From contig JAXDQU010000050.1 in the NCBI GenBank assembly GCA_034667685.1, positions 35,964-99,963 of the forward strand: a DNA stretch of 64,000 nucleotides. The letters run 5' to 3'. The translations under genes and the position numbers were made by a program. The notes below the pieces were generated by a model, which did no database searches, was not told the DNA's origin, and saw only the letters and a program-made list of their open reading frames with translations. Positions 62,811-64,000 of the stretch are shown piece by piece. Each line of letters begins with the position of its first letter. The stretch's first letter is position 1. Source of the DNA: Thermoplasmata archaeon. GTDB lineage: Archaea > Thermoplasmatota > SW-10-69-26 > JACQPN01 > JAJPHT01.

Positions 62811-63941
62811 ATGCGCGGCCGCCCCCTCTCCCTCGCGCTGGCCCTGGCCTTCGTCCTCCTGGCCGCGGGGTGCACCGACAAGCTCAGCCTCAACCACGCC
62901 ACGCTGGAGAGCCCGTCCTTCTCCCTGACGCCGCAGGAGGGCGACGCGACCACGACGTTCCACGTCGACGCCGGCTCGCTCTCCAAGTACAACGTCTCGT
63001 GGGACTTCGGCGACGGCGCGCGCGCCTACGGCGGAAGCGCCGACCACAAGTACGGCTTCACCAACGGCAAGATGACCGTCACGCTCACCGTGACCGACGC
63101 CGCCGGCAAGCAGGGCTTCGCCACGCAGGTCGTCACGCTGGGCGACGGCGTCAACCGCCCGCCCACCGCTCGCCTCTCCGCCGCCCGCACGTGGGTCAAG
63201 GTCGGCGAGCCCGCCCCCTTCAGCGCCTACGGCTACGACGGCGACGGCGACCCGCTGAGCTATCAATGGAGCATCGCGAAGCCCGGCGGCGCCGAGTCGC
63301 CCGCGGGCGCCAGCTCCGACATCCGCGCGACCTTCGACGCCGTGGGCGCCTACACGCTCAAGCTCGTCGTGCGCGACCCCAAGGGCGCCAGCGCCACCGA
63401 CAGCCAGGTCGTCTGGGCCACCAAGGAGATCCCCGCGACGAGCTACGACGCGCTCTACTTCGGCAACCTCACCGTGGGCAACGGCGACGCCGGCGCCAAC
63501 GAGAAGCTCGAGCACAACCTCGGCGGCACCGCCCCCAACCAGACCGTGGACAGCGCCGTCTACCCCTTCACGCTCAGCTACCCGGGCTTCGCCCTCGTCT
63601 TCCTCACGTGGAACGACACCAGCGGCGCGGGCGCCGTCGACCTCGACCTCGAGCTGCGCTACGCCGGCAACGGCACCACCATCTGGTCGAGCGCGCACCA
63701 CACCCTCAACGCGCCCGACCCGAGCCACCCGCCCCCCGTCCCCTCCGGCCCGCCCCCGCTCCCGCCCAACCTGCCCATCCCCGCGGGCCCCTACGAATAC
63801 AACGCGAGCTACCTCCAGCCCGGCGCCTACGAAGCCGTCGTGCGCGGCTACAGCGGCGCCAACGTCGCCTACGAGACGCTCATCCACGCCAGCCTCCAGG
63901 TCAAGCCCGAGGACGTCGCCAAGGGCGAAGGCGCGCCGTAG
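62811..63941 (+). CDS. PKD-domain lipoprotein
   Basis: Lipobox LAAGC; WDFGDG and VTLTVTD; second PKD-like domain DGDGDPLSYQW. Confidence 0.9.
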   Translation: MRGRPLSLALALAFVLLAAGCTDKLSLNHATLESPSFSLTPQEGDATTTFHVDAGSLSKYNVSWDFGDGARAYGGSADHKYGFTNGKMTVTLTVTDAAGKQGFATQVVTLGDGVNRPPTARLSAARTWVKVGEPAPFSAYGYDGDGDPLSYQWSIAKPGGAESPAGASSDIRATFDAVGAYTLKLVVRDPKGASATDSQVVWATKEIPATSYDALYFGNLTVGNGDAGANEKLEHNLGGTAPNQTVDSAVYPFTLSYPGFALVFLTWNDTSGAGAVDLDLELRYAGNGTTIWSSAHHTLNAPDPSHPPPVPSGPPPLPPNLPIPAGPYEYNASYLQPGAYEAVVRGYSGANVAYETLIHASLQVKPEDVAKGEGAP

Positions 63942-63947
63942 TGGACC

Positions 63948-64000
63948 GCGTGATGCGCGACGTGCCCGTTGAACGTGCGACGTGAACGTTGAACGAACGC
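63948..64000. repeat. Degenerate ~7-bp tandem units after a stop codon, truncated by the window edge
   Basis: CGTTGAA/CGTGCGA/CGTGAA/CGTTGAA units; probably the left arm of another palindromic element. Confidence 0.45.

Overview
A very GC-rich archaeal window, most likely Thermoplasmatota. The assignment rests on archaeal-type uL16/L10e, Dph2, MfnA and Hpt, and on TATA-like promoters. The left ~35 kb is a cell-surface/secretome locus. It holds a >1,400-aa DxDxDG-repeat protein that the ORF track misses, and three translationally coupled giant proteins (~3,150, ~3,177 and ~1,266 aa) that all end in archaeosortase-like C-terminal anchors. It also holds several small Cys-rich secreted proteins, a double winged-HTH regulator and a single-pass TM-TPR protein. 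A 17-bp motif (TCACA-N3-WTYNTC-NRS) recurs in the intergenic regions of this locus, including upstream of a candidate small RNA. The right part has an ABC exporter, small regulators, rpl10e (apparent CTG start), an XRE regulator (apparent ATC start), ppsA, mfnA-hpt-dph2, an ALDH, an MBL hydrolase, a receiver paired with a DHp-like/Zn-ribbon protein, a low-GC orphan gene, an S53 protease and lipoproteins. Two window-wide DNA signals stand out: a dispersed TGATAKCA-type octamer that overrides codon bias inside genes, and a family of nested palindromic elements placed just after stop codons. I saw no rRNA, tRNA, CRISPR array or transposase. All calls are by eye, without database searches.
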